This document shows positions 17,684 through 26,970 of a stretch of DNA of 51,939 nucleotides, piece after piece. The notes under the pieces are model-generated. The model was not told the origin of the DNA, ran no database searches, and worked only from the letters and a program-made list of their open reading frames with translations. How positions within the stretch are numbered: the stretch's first letter is position 1; each line of letters opens with the position of its first letter. Both the position numbers and the translations under genes were made by a program. Source of the DNA: Desulfatiglandales bacterium (GTDB lineage Bacteria > Desulfobacterota > DSM-4660 > Desulfatiglandales > HGW-15); NCBI GenBank assembly GCA_030145585.1, contig JAQYVK010000191.1, positions 1 to 51,939 on the forward strand, read 5' to 3'.

Positions 17684-20218
17684 TTATTCCATGACCTGGC
17701 CGGTTTTCAATATTTTAATACTTCCCACCTGATGGTCCTTTAGATGAAGTATCCCTTTAATAATATCAGACGGTTTTAACCCGGGTCCGGCCAGATGGTT
17801 GATGACCAGGTTTAGATCATGGGGCGGAATATAGCGTATAGATTTTATGAGGGGTCTCGCGTCAACGAGTTGCTCACCTTTTTTCCCCATCTTAAGGATA
17901 GGAAAGTGATCTGACTTTAAAAAATCTTCAAGGGAACCTCGTTCAATTTTCAACCCGTTTATGGTTATATTAAAATGGCTCTCCTTTAATTTGGGCCGTT
18001 TCACATGATGGGTAATATCCTCAATGGAAACGATTCCAATGCCGTTAGGGAGTTGTTGGCCCAATCTTTCTCTCAAAGAAGTGAGACTTCCGGCCTCGTA
18101 GAGTTTAATATCAACTGTCTCATGGATACTCTCCGTGCCGACAGGCAGAGCGGAAGCGAATGAGACCTTAGGCATGGGATGATATCCCTCGGAATAAACA
18201 AATTTCAGCCCGGCCCTCCTACATGACCTTATAAATAACCGGACCATCTCCAGATGACTGAGATATCTGGTCGGGCCCGTTTTTGAAAAAGTCAGACGAT
18301 ATTTTTTTATCATCCCGAAATCATTCTCATGCAAAGGCAGTTTCCTATTTTGAGGAGGTGCCCACTCTGCGCAAAGGTTCATATCAATCTGTTTATGATC
18401 GCAGACACCGCAAGCAAGGCATTGTTTTCTGCAATCGGGTGTTTCTTTTCCTTGCATAGCCCTTTGCCATTCTTTTTTGAAATACTCTTTTGAGATCCCT
18501 GATCGTATATGGTCCCATGGAAGAATTTCATCCTTGGACCTTGATCGATGAAGGTAAAACTCCGGCACCAGCCCCGTTCGTTTTAAGGCCTCCTGCCAGA
18601 TCTCCATGTCATAGTGCTCCGTCCAAGCATCAAATCTGGCCCCCATCTTCCAGGCCTCTATCAGAACCGGGGTCAACCTTCGATCTCCGCGGGAAAAAAT
18701 ACCCTCCAACCAACTCATTTCGGGCGTGTTCCATTTCACCCGAATGCGGCGGTTCTTTAACCCTTCACGGATCACCCGTATGCGTCTGCGGCTCTCCTCC
18801 AAAGTTATTTGAGGCATCCACATAAAGGGGGTATGGGACTTGGGCACAAAGGTTGAAAGACTTACATTTAATTTTGCCCTTTTCCCCCCCCCTTTTGATA
18901 AACCGATTATCTGCTTTGAGAGAGAAATGATGTCCTCCAGATCCTTTTCCTCTTCACTAGGAAGTCCTATCATGAAATAGAGCTTCATCAAATTCCAGCC
19001 CGCCCCATAGACTTCCCGAGCCGTTTTTATAATATCTTCGTTCGTTAGATCCTTGTTAATGACCCGTCTCAATCTGTCGTTCCCGGCTTCCGGGGCCAGA
19101 GTGAACCCTGTTTTCCTGACCCGCTTTATCTGCTCAATCCATTCCGGGTCTAGACTGTCCATTCTCAAAGAAGGGAGGCTGACTGCGATTTTTTCTCGGG
19201 ATTGTTTATCCATCAAGGTCTTGATAAGCGGACCGATACAGCTGTAATCGCCGGAACTGAGAGACAATAGGGAAAGTTCTTCAAAACCGGTAAGCCGGAG
19301 GCCTGTTTCTGCATGCTCAATCACCGAATCAGGATGCCGTTCGCGTACCGGCCGGTAAATCATACCCGCCTGACAGAAACGACAACCCCTCGTACAACCA
19401 CGAGAAATTTCAATGGCCAGTCGATCGTGAATCAATTCCACAAAAGGAACAACCTGGCTTGTCGGAAAATCGTAAGCATCGATATCCGGAATGATCGCCT
19501 TTTCTACCTCCCTGTACTCGGGTATCAGCGCCTCAATGGCATCGATGCCCCCGTGTGGACTGTAATGGGTCTGGAAGAAACTGGGAACGTATATCCCTTT
19601 GATTTGAGCCAACCGGTAAAGGACTTCTCTCTTGTCCGCAATTTTTTGTAATTTCGTCTCCCTGACCGTCCTGCAAATTTCAACCGCAGCCTCCTCCCCA
19701 TCTCCAACCACGAGGGCATCGAAAATGGAGGCGATCGGTTCCGGATTGAAACATACGGGGCCCCCTCCGATGATGAGGGGGAAATCGGGACCCCTATCCT
19801 CTGATAAAAAAGGAATCCCGGAAAGATCCAGCATATTCAAAATATTGGAGAAAGAAAGTTCATACTGAATGCTGAATCCTACGATGTCAAAGTTCGATAA
19901 AGGTCTGTCTGATTCGATAGTGGTCAGAGGCAGACCCTTGGACCTTAATGTCTTTTCGAGGTCAACCCAGGGACAGTAGGCTCTCTCTGCCGCGATCCAC
20001 TCTTGGCTGTTCAGGAGATGATAAAGAATCTTTAAACCGAGATGGGACATACCCACCTCGTAAATATCGGGAAAGGCGAGTGCGATGGATACGTCGACCG
20101 ATGCAGGATCTTTTTTTATTCGATTGATTTCATTACCCAGATAGCGACTTGGACGTGAGATACTTGAAAACCAGGTCTGATCAGGCATGGAAAAAGTTTT
20201 ATGATCTTTATTATTCAT
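17684..20218 (-). CDS. B12-binding-domain radical SAM protein (TIGR03960-like) fused to a DUF2344/TIGR03936-like C-terminal domain
   Basis: 844 aa with a radical SAM cluster motif (SRGCTRGCRFCQAG). The C-terminal region of about 230 aa (KYRLTFSKTGPTRYLSHLEMVRLF...) resembles the radical-SAM-associated DUF2344 module. Confidence 0.8.
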   Translation of the reverse strand: MNNKDHKTFSMPDQTWFSSISRPSRYLGNEINRIKKDPASVDVSIALAFPDIYEVGMSHLGLKILYHLLNSQEWIAAERAYCPWVDLEKTLRSKGLPLTTIESDRPLSNFDIVGFSIQYELSFSNILNMLDLSGIPFLSEDRGPDFPLIIGGGPVCFNPEPIASIFDALVVGDGEEAAVEICRTVRETKLQKIADKREVLYRLAQIKGIYVPSFFQTHYSPHGGIDAIEALIPEYREVEKAIIPDIDAYDFPTSQVVPFVELIHDRLAIEISRGCTRGCRFCQAGMIYRPVRERHPDSVIEHAETGLRLTGFEELSLLSLSSGDYSCIGPLIKTLMDKQSREKIAVSLPSLRMDSLDPEWIEQIKRVRKTGFTLAPEAGNDRLRRVINKDLTNEDIIKTAREVYGAGWNLMKLYFMIGLPSEEEKDLEDIISLSKQIIGLSKGGGKRAKLNVSLSTFVPKSHTPFMWMPQITLEESRRRIRVIREGLKNRRIRVKWNTPEMSWLEGIFSRGDRRLTPVLIEAWKMGARFDAWTEHYDMEIWQEALKRTGLVPEFYLHRSRSKDEILPWDHIRSGISKEYFKKEWQRAMQGKETPDCRKQCLACGVCDHKQIDMNLCAEWAPPQNRKLPLHENDFGMIKKYRLTFSKTGPTRYLSHLEMVRLFIRSCRRAGLKFVYSEGYHPMPKVSFASALPVGTESIHETVDIKLYEAGSLTSLRERLGQQLPNGIGIVSIEDITHHVKRPKLKESHFNITINGLKIERGSLEDFLKSDHFPILKMGKKGEQLVDARPLIKSIRYIPPHDLNLVINHLAGPGLKPSDIIKGILHLKDHQVGSIKILKTGQVME

Positions 20219-20367
20219 GGAGCACTACCCTTCTAAAAACACCTTACCCTAATGTCGCGTAAAAAACATTGCAAAATGTGTTGAAAGTTAATTTAACATC
20301 TCGAAATCAATGCAACTTATTGAAATTAAGTTATTTATTTGGGTTTCAAGTTTGCTGCACGATAACC

Positions 20368-20407
20368 GGAATAATGGAATGGTGGAATAATGGAATGATG
20401 TAATCAT
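20368..20407. repeat. tandem octamer array (GGAATNNT) x5
   Basis: The sequence reads ggaataat ggaatggt ggaataat ggaatgat gtaatcat. It lies in the spacer between the pilS stop and the radical SAM start. Confidence 0.6.
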
Positions 20408-20570
20408 GCTTTTGGTGAGATGGTTTAGCCGGAAACATTTGATCTTTTGTATATTCTGTCAATATGATTTCCCCAATTACCCAAGACCCAGTATTCCATT
20501 TGGGGTGTATCAGTCGTTTCTTTCTCTATAAACAAATTGGCATCATAGCTCTATGGGTATGGGCATCACT

Positions 20571-22295
20571 TCAAATTTCAAGACCATTCCCGGCCGATGG
20601 GACCAGAATGGATGGGAGGAATATTGTAATTTCCGCACCGCCTTCCGGGTGGGTTTTTCCATAGACCTCACCCTTGAGCCCATTCATAATCCGTTTGACA
20701 ATGGCCAGGCCCAACCCGGTCCCACCATCTTTGGTGGTAAAGAAAGGGGTGAAAATGTGTCTAAGGGCTTTTTCACTAAATCCTTTGCCCGTATCCCGGA
20801 TGGTAATCTTTACGGATGTCCCATTGTCTCCAAGAACATGCCTGTCATGAGTCATCTGGGTACGGATATAGAGAGAGCCCCCGTCAGGCATGGCTTCACT
20901 CGCATTTACAAAGAGGTTCCATAAGACCTGTTTTATCTGTTCGGGATCGGATTCAACCCTTATATCTCTATAAAAATCGGTCTCCACATGCATTTTTGAA
21001 AGCCACTTTTTACTGTTTTGGAAAAGTTCGAGGGAGTCCGCTATCAATTGATCAAGATCAAAAGTTTGCAGGTCGACGGGCCTTGGCCTTGCAAAGAGTA
21101 AAAAATCATTAACCAGAAGATTCAGTCTATTGATTTCCCTTAAAATGATATCCATGAGTCGGCTGTCTACCGCATCCCTATCCAGACCCTCTTTCAGCAT
21201 TTGAATCGACCCGCTGATGGAGGCCATGGGATTCCGAACCTCATGAGCTATCCCGGCTGCGAGTTCCCCGACCAGAGCAAGTCCTTCTACCCTTTTCATC
21301 TCCTCCTCAATCCGCTTCATCTCTGTCATGTCCTGGATAATAAGTATCTGGCCTCTTCGTCCCCCTCCCGGGAGGTTCAGAGGGGTCATGGAGAGCCTTA
21401 AGATCTTTTTTTCATCCAGCCTCTGATAGGGAAAGTCAATGAATGAAGCCAAATGTTTATTTTTTAGCTCAAGTTTTTCGCCTTTCAGTTCCATGTAACC
21501 ATCGAGAAAAGGGAATGGTTCAAAAAGGTTGTGACCAATCGCGCGATCGGACTCAAGCCCAAAAATCTCCCTCGCGGCAGGGTTGAAAAGGATTATTCTG
21601 TTTTGACCGTCGAGGGCAATTAAGCCTGAGTTCATACTTCCTATGATCCACTCATTGAGGGCCTCCAACTTGACGATATCATCCTGTTTGGCCCTCAATT
21701 CAACCTGACTTTTTCTCGCCTGTTCAGACGGATAACTGCTGAGGAAAGCCACGAGATAAAAGGCAGCGATATTGACCACTATCATATAGAAGAAATATAG
21801 GTTCTGGTATTCATATGGCTGGCTCAAATGGCCTCCCAGTGGACGAATCACACCAAAATAGTGGAGGTCCAGTAAGAGGCCGTAAAGGATACTGCTACAG
21901 GAGGCAATGGTCATGCCGCCCTTGCGGTATAGGATGATGCTTGCATTAATGATCGTAAGAATGTAGAGGAATGAGAAGATACTGTTGATGCCGCCGGTGG
22001 AATATATGATGGCCGTTACAAAAAAGGTGTCCACCAGGAGCTGAATATAGGCTAATGTTGTAAGGTTTTTCCCTTTTTTTAGGAAAAGGATGTAGATGAA
22101 GGTCAAAAAATAGATGGCGACGATGATGAGATAGTGGGAGGTCTGGATATCACCGAAATAGATTTTTGTCTCTTTCGCCTGGATAAAAAGAGATGCTCCC
22201 AGGAGGATTGAGACAAAGAGGACCCTCAAAAACATCAGATTTTGAAGGCGACCTGACAGATCTTCTTTTGGGATATGAAGGCCCTTTTCGACCAT
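20571..22295 (-). CDS. pilS: PilS-like sensor histidine kinase (multi-TM, PAS, HisKA, HATPase)
   Basis: The N-terminal six-TM region reads IQLLVDTFFVTAIIYSTGGINSIFSFLYIL, which is PilS-like. The H-box is AAGIAHEVRNPM. The C-terminal part has G1/G2 ATPase boxes. It lies 10 nt downstream of pilC. Confidence 0.8.
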   Translation of the reverse strand: MVEKGLHIPKEDLSGRLQNLMFLRVLFVSILLGASLFIQAKETKIYFGDIQTSHYLIIVAIYFLTFIYILFLKKGKNLTTLAYIQLLVDTFFVTAIIYSTGGINSIFSFLYILTIINASIILYRKGGMTIASCSSILYGLLLDLHYFGVIRPLGGHLSQPYEYQNLYFFYMIVVNIAAFYLVAFLSSYPSEQARKSQVELRAKQDDIVKLEALNEWIIGSMNSGLIALDGQNRIILFNPAAREIFGLESDRAIGHNLFEPFPFLDGYMELKGEKLELKNKHLASFIDFPYQRLDEKKILRLSMTPLNLPGGGRRGQILIIQDMTEMKRIEEEMKRVEGLALVGELAAGIAHEVRNPMASISGSIQMLKEGLDRDAVDSRLMDIILREINRLNLLVNDFLLFARPRPVDLQTFDLDQLIADSLELFQNSKKWLSKMHVETDFYRDIRVESDPEQIKQVLWNLFVNASEAMPDGGSLYIRTQMTHDRHVLGDNGTSVKITIRDTGKGFSEKALRHIFTPFFTTKDGGTGLGLAIVKRIMNGLKGEVYGKTHPEGGAEITIFLPSILVPSAGNGLEI

Positions 22296-22305
22296 ATCGA
22301 CAGGA

Positions 22306-23514
22306 TTAACCCATGGCTGAAGCCATCTGAAAAATGGGCAGATACATGGCTATGACCAGTCCACCGATGGAACCGCCTAAAAACAGCATGAGTAAAGGTT
22401 CTAACATAGAGGTTAGGGCGTCTACCGCCGCATCCACTTCGTCGTCGTAAAAATCGGCAATCTTTTCCAGCATGGTGTCCAGGGCCCCAGTGGCTTCCCC
22501 CACGGAGATCATTTGTACCACCATACCGGGAAAGACATCATTCTCCGAGAGGGGTTCAGCAATGGTCTGACCTTCAGCAATGCTTCCCCTGACTTCGTAA
22601 ATGATTTCCTCGAGGACGACATTCCCGGATGTCCTTGCAACGATATCCAAAGCATCCAGAATGGGCACCCCACTGCTTATCATAGTCCCGAGAGTCCGGG
22701 TGAATCTCGCGACAGCAACCTTTTTGAGTAAATCTCCAAAAACGGGCAGCTTGAGCGCTACGGTGTCCGTCACTTTCCTACCGCTTTCGGAAGCCCTGTA
22801 TTTTTTAAAGGCAAAAACCAGAGCAACTAGGGCCAGGATGACCCAATGAATGTTGCCCTTCAGAAATTGACTCATATCGACGACGAGTTGAGTGGGAACC
22901 GGCAATGCAGATCCAAAACTTTCGAACATTTCCTCAAAAACGGGGATGACGAAAATCAGGATGACGGCGATCACGATGACCGCAATGGCCACAACCACGA
23001 TAGGATAGGTCATGGCACCCTTTATCTGAGATTTTAGCTTTTCAGATTTTTCAATATAGTCTGCCAGACGCCTAAGGATATTATCCAGGATACCGCCCAC
23101 CTCACCGGCAGCCACAAGATTCACGAAGAGTGAATCGAAGACCTTGGGATGTTTTTTCATCGCCTCAGCTAAGGTGGAACCGCCCTCCACATTCTTCGTT
23201 ATTTCTTTAAGAATGGCCTTGAATGTTGGATTTTCCATTTGTTCCGCGAGAATTGTAAGCCCTTGGACCAGGGGAAGGCCTGCATCAATCATGGTCGAAA
23301 ATTGCCTGGTGAAGATAACGAGGTCTTTATTCGTGACCTTAGGCTGCAAAAAAGCCACATTTTCAAACAGATCCTTTGGTTTGAGTTTCAGTTTTTTTAT
23401 CGTGAAATTACGCTTTTTGAGCTGACTTAGGGCTATTTTTTCATTGGCAGCATCAAGTTCTCCCTTGAGCTTTCTGCCCTTTTTGGTTTCTGCTACCCAT
23501 AAATAGACAGGCAT
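22306..23514 (-). CDS. pilC: type IV pilus assembly platform protein PilC (GspF family)
   Basis: 402 aa with duplicated T2SS-F domains (FTRQFSTMIDAGLPLVQGL and FTRTLGTMISSGVPILDAL). Confidence 0.9.
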   Translation of the reverse strand: MPVYLWVAETKKGRKLKGELDAANEKIALSQLKKRNFTIKKLKLKPKDLFENVAFLQPKVTNKDLVIFTRQFSTMIDAGLPLVQGLTILAEQMENPTFKAILKEITKNVEGGSTLAEAMKKHPKVFDSLFVNLVAAGEVGGILDNILRRLADYIEKSEKLKSQIKGAMTYPIVVVAIAVIVIAVILIFVIPVFEEMFESFGSALPVPTQLVVDMSQFLKGNIHWVILALVALVFAFKKYRASESGRKVTDTVALKLPVFGDLLKKVAVARFTRTLGTMISSGVPILDALDIVARTSGNVVLEEIIYEVRGSIAEGQTIAEPLSENDVFPGMVVQMISVGEATGALDTMLEKIADFYDDEVDAAVDALTSMLEPLLMLFLGGSIGGLVIAMYLPIFQMASAMG

Positions 23515-23926
23515 TAAAAATCCCCTTCCAGACCATCCTGACCTAACTTTAGAAGGCCCTTCATTATTTTAACCGATCCAAATCTCTATAACATATAGAT
23601 TAATTAGTTATATTAATGAAAAATGCATAAAATGTCAAGAATTCTGAAACCCTAAGGACATTATTGCCGTCTGTCCTCGGCGTTTAAGACCCCTGTAGTG
23701 GTATTGCAAAATTCTCACCGGAAAGACCCATTCCCTTCCAGAAATTTCATTCCGGCCAACAAATTTCAAAAAATCCATTTCTTGACGGGTACCAGTTTAT
23801 TCTTGACAACCGCATCATATTCAATGTTATATGTTTGCCACATTTGAAGATTCCGTTCTGGAAAGCTTATTCGAAATCTGATGGGGTTCAAGGAACCTAA
23901 ATCAAGGATAAAAGGAGGGATATGTT

Positions 23927-24139
23927 GTGAGTGATGTGACTGCACCTATGGGAGGCAAAATAATCGACATTAAAGTAAATGTGGGTGATACGGTTAGTGA
24001 GAATGATGAAGTTGTGATCATCGAGGCTATGAAAATGGAGCTACCTGTTGTTGCGACGGCCTCCGGAACAGTAAAAGAGGTGAAATTCAGTAATGGAGAT
24101 GCCGTGGAGGCGGATGCGGTTCTAATTGTACTGGAATAA
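23927..24139 (+). CDS. biotinyl-domain carrier protein (biotin carboxyl carrier; MmdC / transcarboxylase 1.3S-like)
   Basis: 70 aa with the biotinylation motif EAMKME. The GTG start is preceded by AAAGGAGGG. Confidence 0.85.
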   Translation: MSDVTAPMGGKIIDIKVNVGDTVSENDEVVIIEAMKMELPVVATASGTVKEVKFSNGDAVEADAVLIVLE

Positions 24140-24196
24140 TTTGTTAGGAAAAAGGCCCAGGCATTTTGAAAGATTTCTTGGCCTTGTATCCTCCCC

Positions 24197-25747
24197 ATGA
24201 ATATTGAAGAAAAGATCAAAGAGCTCGAAAGGAGAAACCTCGAGGCAAATCTTGGCGGAGGTCAAGCTCGTATTGACCAGCAGCACGCCAAGGGAAAAAT
24301 GACTGCGAGGGAGAGGATTGAATATCTCCTGGATAAGGACAGCTTCCAGGAGTTAGATAAATTTGTGGTCCATCGTTGCCATGACTTCGGGATGGAGAAA
24401 AAGAAGATTCCCGGTGATGGTGTGGTGACCGGGTACGGGTCAATAGATAATCGGAAGGTATTCCTTTTCTCTCAGGATTTCACGGTTTTCGGGGGATCAT
24501 TGAGCGGCCCTTTTGGCGAAAAGGTTTGCAAGGTTATGGACCTTGCGCTAAAGAACGGTGCGCCTTTTATTGGCCTTAATGATTCAGGTGGGGCAAGAAT
24601 TCAGGAAGGCATCGTTAGCCTTGGAAGCTACGGTGAGATTTTCAAAAGAAATGTTTTGGCCTCAGGGGTCGTCCCACAAATATCCGTGATCATGGGACCC
24701 TGTGCAGGGGGTGCCGTCTATTCCCCTGCATTGACCGATTTCACCATTATGGTGAAAAATACGAGCAATATGTTTATTACCGGCCCCCAGGTCATCAAGG
24801 CCGTAACTTCAGAAGAAGTCACCCCTGAGGAACTGGGAGGCGCCATGACGCATAATTCCAAGAGTGGTGTCGCCCAGTTTGCGGAGGATTCAGACCAGGA
24901 CGCCTTGGACAGGGTAAAAGTCCTCCTCGGCTATTTACCTCAGAATTACAGAGAAAAGACACCCACGGTCGAGTGTTCTGATGACCCCGGCCGAACAGAT
25001 AAGGCCTTAAACAAGGTCGTCCCCACAAACCCCAAGAAACCCTACGATATCAAAGAGATTATCCAGAGCGTCCTGGATGACAACGATTTTTTTGAAGTCC
25101 AGAAACACTTTGCCATGAATATGGTGACCGGTTTCGGGAGACTCAATGGATTAGCAGTGGGCATTGTGGCCAACCAGCCGAAGGTTCTGGCGGGATGCCT
25201 CGATATCAATGCATCCATGAAATGCGCTCGGTTCGTTAGAATGTGCGATTGTTTCAATATCCCACTGGTGACTTTCGTGGATGTCCCGGGATTCCTTCCC
25301 GGGGTTAATCAGGAATATGGGGGGATCATAAAACATGGGGCCAAAATCATCTACGCCTACTGCGAGGCGACGGTTCCGAAGATAACGGTGATTACTCGGA
25401 AGGCCTATGGTGGAGCCTACGATGTCATGTCCAGCAAACACCACGGAGGGGATATCAACTACGCCTATCCTACTGCGGAATTAGCGGTCATGGGCCCTGA
25501 TGGCGCGGTCAATATCATTTTCAAGAAAGAAATCGAAAGTGCGGATGACCCCGAAACAACAAGGGATCGGTTGGTTGAGGAGTATAGAAACAATTTCGCC
25601 AGTCCTTTCAAGGCGGCCGAACTGGGCTATATCGATCAGATCATTTTCCCGGAAAACACGAGACCGCGTCTCATACAGGCCCTGATGATGCTCAAGGATA
25701 AAAAGGACGCCATCCCCAAAAGAAAACATGGGAACACCCCCCTGTAA
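24197..25747 (+). CDS. methylmalonyl-CoA carboxyltransferase (acyl-CoA carboxylase beta / MmdA / transcarboxylase 12S family)
   Basis: 516 aa. Contains [19 protein letters not shown] and [10 protein letters not shown], with the two carboxyltransferase halves. Confidence 0.9.
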   Translation: MNIEEKIKELERRNLEANLGGGQARIDQQHAKGKMTARERIEYLLDKDSFQELDKFVVHRCHDFGMEKKKIPGDGVVTGYGSIDNRKVFLFSQDFTVFGGSLSGPFGEKVCKVMDLALKNGAPFIGLNDSGGARIQEGIVSLGSYGEIFKRNVLASGVVPQISVIMGPCAGGAVYSPALTDFTIMVKNTSNMFITGPQVIKAVTSEEVTPEELGGAMTHNSKSGVAQFAEDSDQDALDRVKVLLGYLPQNYREKTPTVECSDDPGRTDKALNKVVPTNPKKPYDIKEIIQSVLDDNDFFEVQKHFAMNMVTGFGRLNGLAVGIVANQPKVLAGCLDINASMKCARFVRMCDCFNIPLVTFVDVPGFLPGVNQEYGGIIKHGAKIIYAYCEATVPKITVITRKAYGGAYDVMSSKHHGGDINYAYPTAELAVMGPDGAVNIIFKKEIESADDPETTRDRLVEEYRNNFASPFKAAELGYIDQIIFPENTRPRLIQALMMLKDKKDAIPKRKHGNTPL

Positions 25748-25883
25748 GCCAATATCCTAACGTTATGTCCCGGAGATATTATGCTTCAACCCGAAAGGGC
25801 ATGTGCATATGATAGATCTATGATTGTTGGATCATCTCCGATTTAGTTGAAGAAAAACTGTGGAGTCCATTTTCAAATAGGTT

Positions 25884-26226
25884 GCTCAGATTAGAAGGAT
25901 TCGGCCCGCCACAAACACGGCGGGCAAGAGTCGAGGGGTCAAGGGTTTTAAAAAGAGAACCGCAGAATATCGAACAAGGAATAACGAATGTCGAAGGGAA
26001 GAATCCCGGCAATAGGTCGGGGTTTCTTCTTGGATGTCCGACAGGACATCAGGAAAATACCTCAACAGCATTGAGGCTCCAGACAAATAATAGCCATTCA
26101 CATCTGTGATTAGGAATGTGAATTCTGTGGTTTTCACAGAAACTTCATAATTCGAAATTCCTTGTTCGATATTCGATATTCGTTTTTAAATCACTTGAAT
26201 CCTTGGATCCTCGAATCCTATTCTCC
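25884..26226. repeat. nested inverted arrays of short tandem words with several internal hairpins, located between convergent genes
   Basis: Arrays: (CGAANNN)n at 25964-26005, (TTCGNNN) x5 at 26151-26185 and the octamers ttgaatcc ttggatcc tcgaatcc tattctcc at 26195-26226. The octamers have a weak partner, agaaggattcgg, near 25890. Internal hairpins: GATGTCC-gaca-GGACATC (26033-26050), CCTCAA-cagca-TTGAGG (26060-26076), ATTCACAT..ATGTGAAT (26097-26124) and TCTGTG-gtttt-CACAGA (26124-26140). GCCCGCC-N8-GGCGGGC (25902-25923) lies between the weak outer partner and the left inner array. Confidence 0.55.
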
Positions 26227-26277
26227 AACCAATTTTGAAAAGAACCTTATTGTTAAAGATATTTCTGAGACAGAACT

Positions 26278-26745
26278 TTAGGAGTCCCCTTTTTTCGCCT
26301 CCCTCTTTTTTACCGCTTTCGAAATAATGGCTCCTGAAATGATCATCCCCAGAAGCAGAAAGAGCAGCACTACAAAGACACCAATATATCTCAAAATCAG
26401 TGTCCCTATGATCCAAGTCCAACTGTCCTTCATCACAACAATTGTGGTCCCAGCTTTATCCTCTTTTGAGATGGTAATGGAATGCCAGGTGAGTTTTCCG
26501 TCATCCTCAATATAGGTGGCCTCTTTCCATTCACGAAATTTTATGTCCTTGAAATCTTTTAACGCTTCCTTGTAAAAAGCAAGCGCCTCAGCATGCGACA
26601 GCTCTGTCTTTAATTCCAATTGTTTCTCGGTTTTCTGGATGATGGTTCCCCCCGGGACAAGAGGAGCACCCAGGAAATCCTCAGCGTTTATTGAAACGGG
26701 GATAATGAGGGACAATACCAGAAATATATAAAGGTAATTTTTCAT
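26278..26745 (-). CDS. secreted/membrane-anchored small protein with an OadG-like C-terminal TM helix (possible decarboxylase gamma/delta-type subunit)
   Basis: 155 aa. It has an N-terminal signal-like segment (MKNYLYIFLVLSLIIPVSINA), a C-terminal hydrophobic helix (IGVFVVLLFLLLGMIISGAIIS) and then a basic tail. It lies downstream of the beta-subunit gene on the same strand. The functional assignment is inference. Confidence 0.55.
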   Translation of the reverse strand: MKNYLYIFLVLSLIIPVSINAEDFLGAPLVPGGTIIQKTEKQLELKTELSHAEALAFYKEALKDFKDIKFREWKEATYIEDDGKLTWHSITISKEDKAGTTIVVMKDSWTWIIGTLILRYIGVFVVLLFLLLGMIISGAIISKAVKKREAKKGDS

Positions 26746-26805
26746 CTTTCCATCCTGTTCCGAATAAAAAAGTTTTTCATATTTTAAAAAATTATATCGT
26801 CCATT

Positions 26806-26970
26806 GAAGTGGTTTCAAAAACTTCAATCTGGCTCAAGGTCGAGGCGGGATAAGACGTTCAACCGCAGGAATATATATAATATTTCGAGGATCTATCCAC
26901 ACACCGGCGGACTGAACGTCTTATACCCAATCAAGAGATTGGGCCAGAGGGGAGGTTTTGAAACCACTTC
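26806..26970 (-). repeat. 165-nt extended imperfect hairpin (large inverted repeat) in the intercistronic spacer
   Basis: There is a perfect 15-bp basal stem: GAAGTGGTTTCAAAA (26806-26820) pairs with TTTTGAAACCACTTC (26956-26970). A second stem pairs GGGATAAGACGTTCA (26847-26861) with TGAACGTCTTATACCC (26913-26928), with a 1-nt bulge. The right arm ends in the stop codon of the upstream gene. Confidence 0.65.

Noticed and set aside
20368-20407. GGAAT-rich repeat resembling eukaryotic satellite III, raising the question of contamination or chimeric assembly.
   Set aside because: It is only 40 bp long and embedded between bacterial genes with continuous context. It fits the same short-word array style seen at four other loci in this window.
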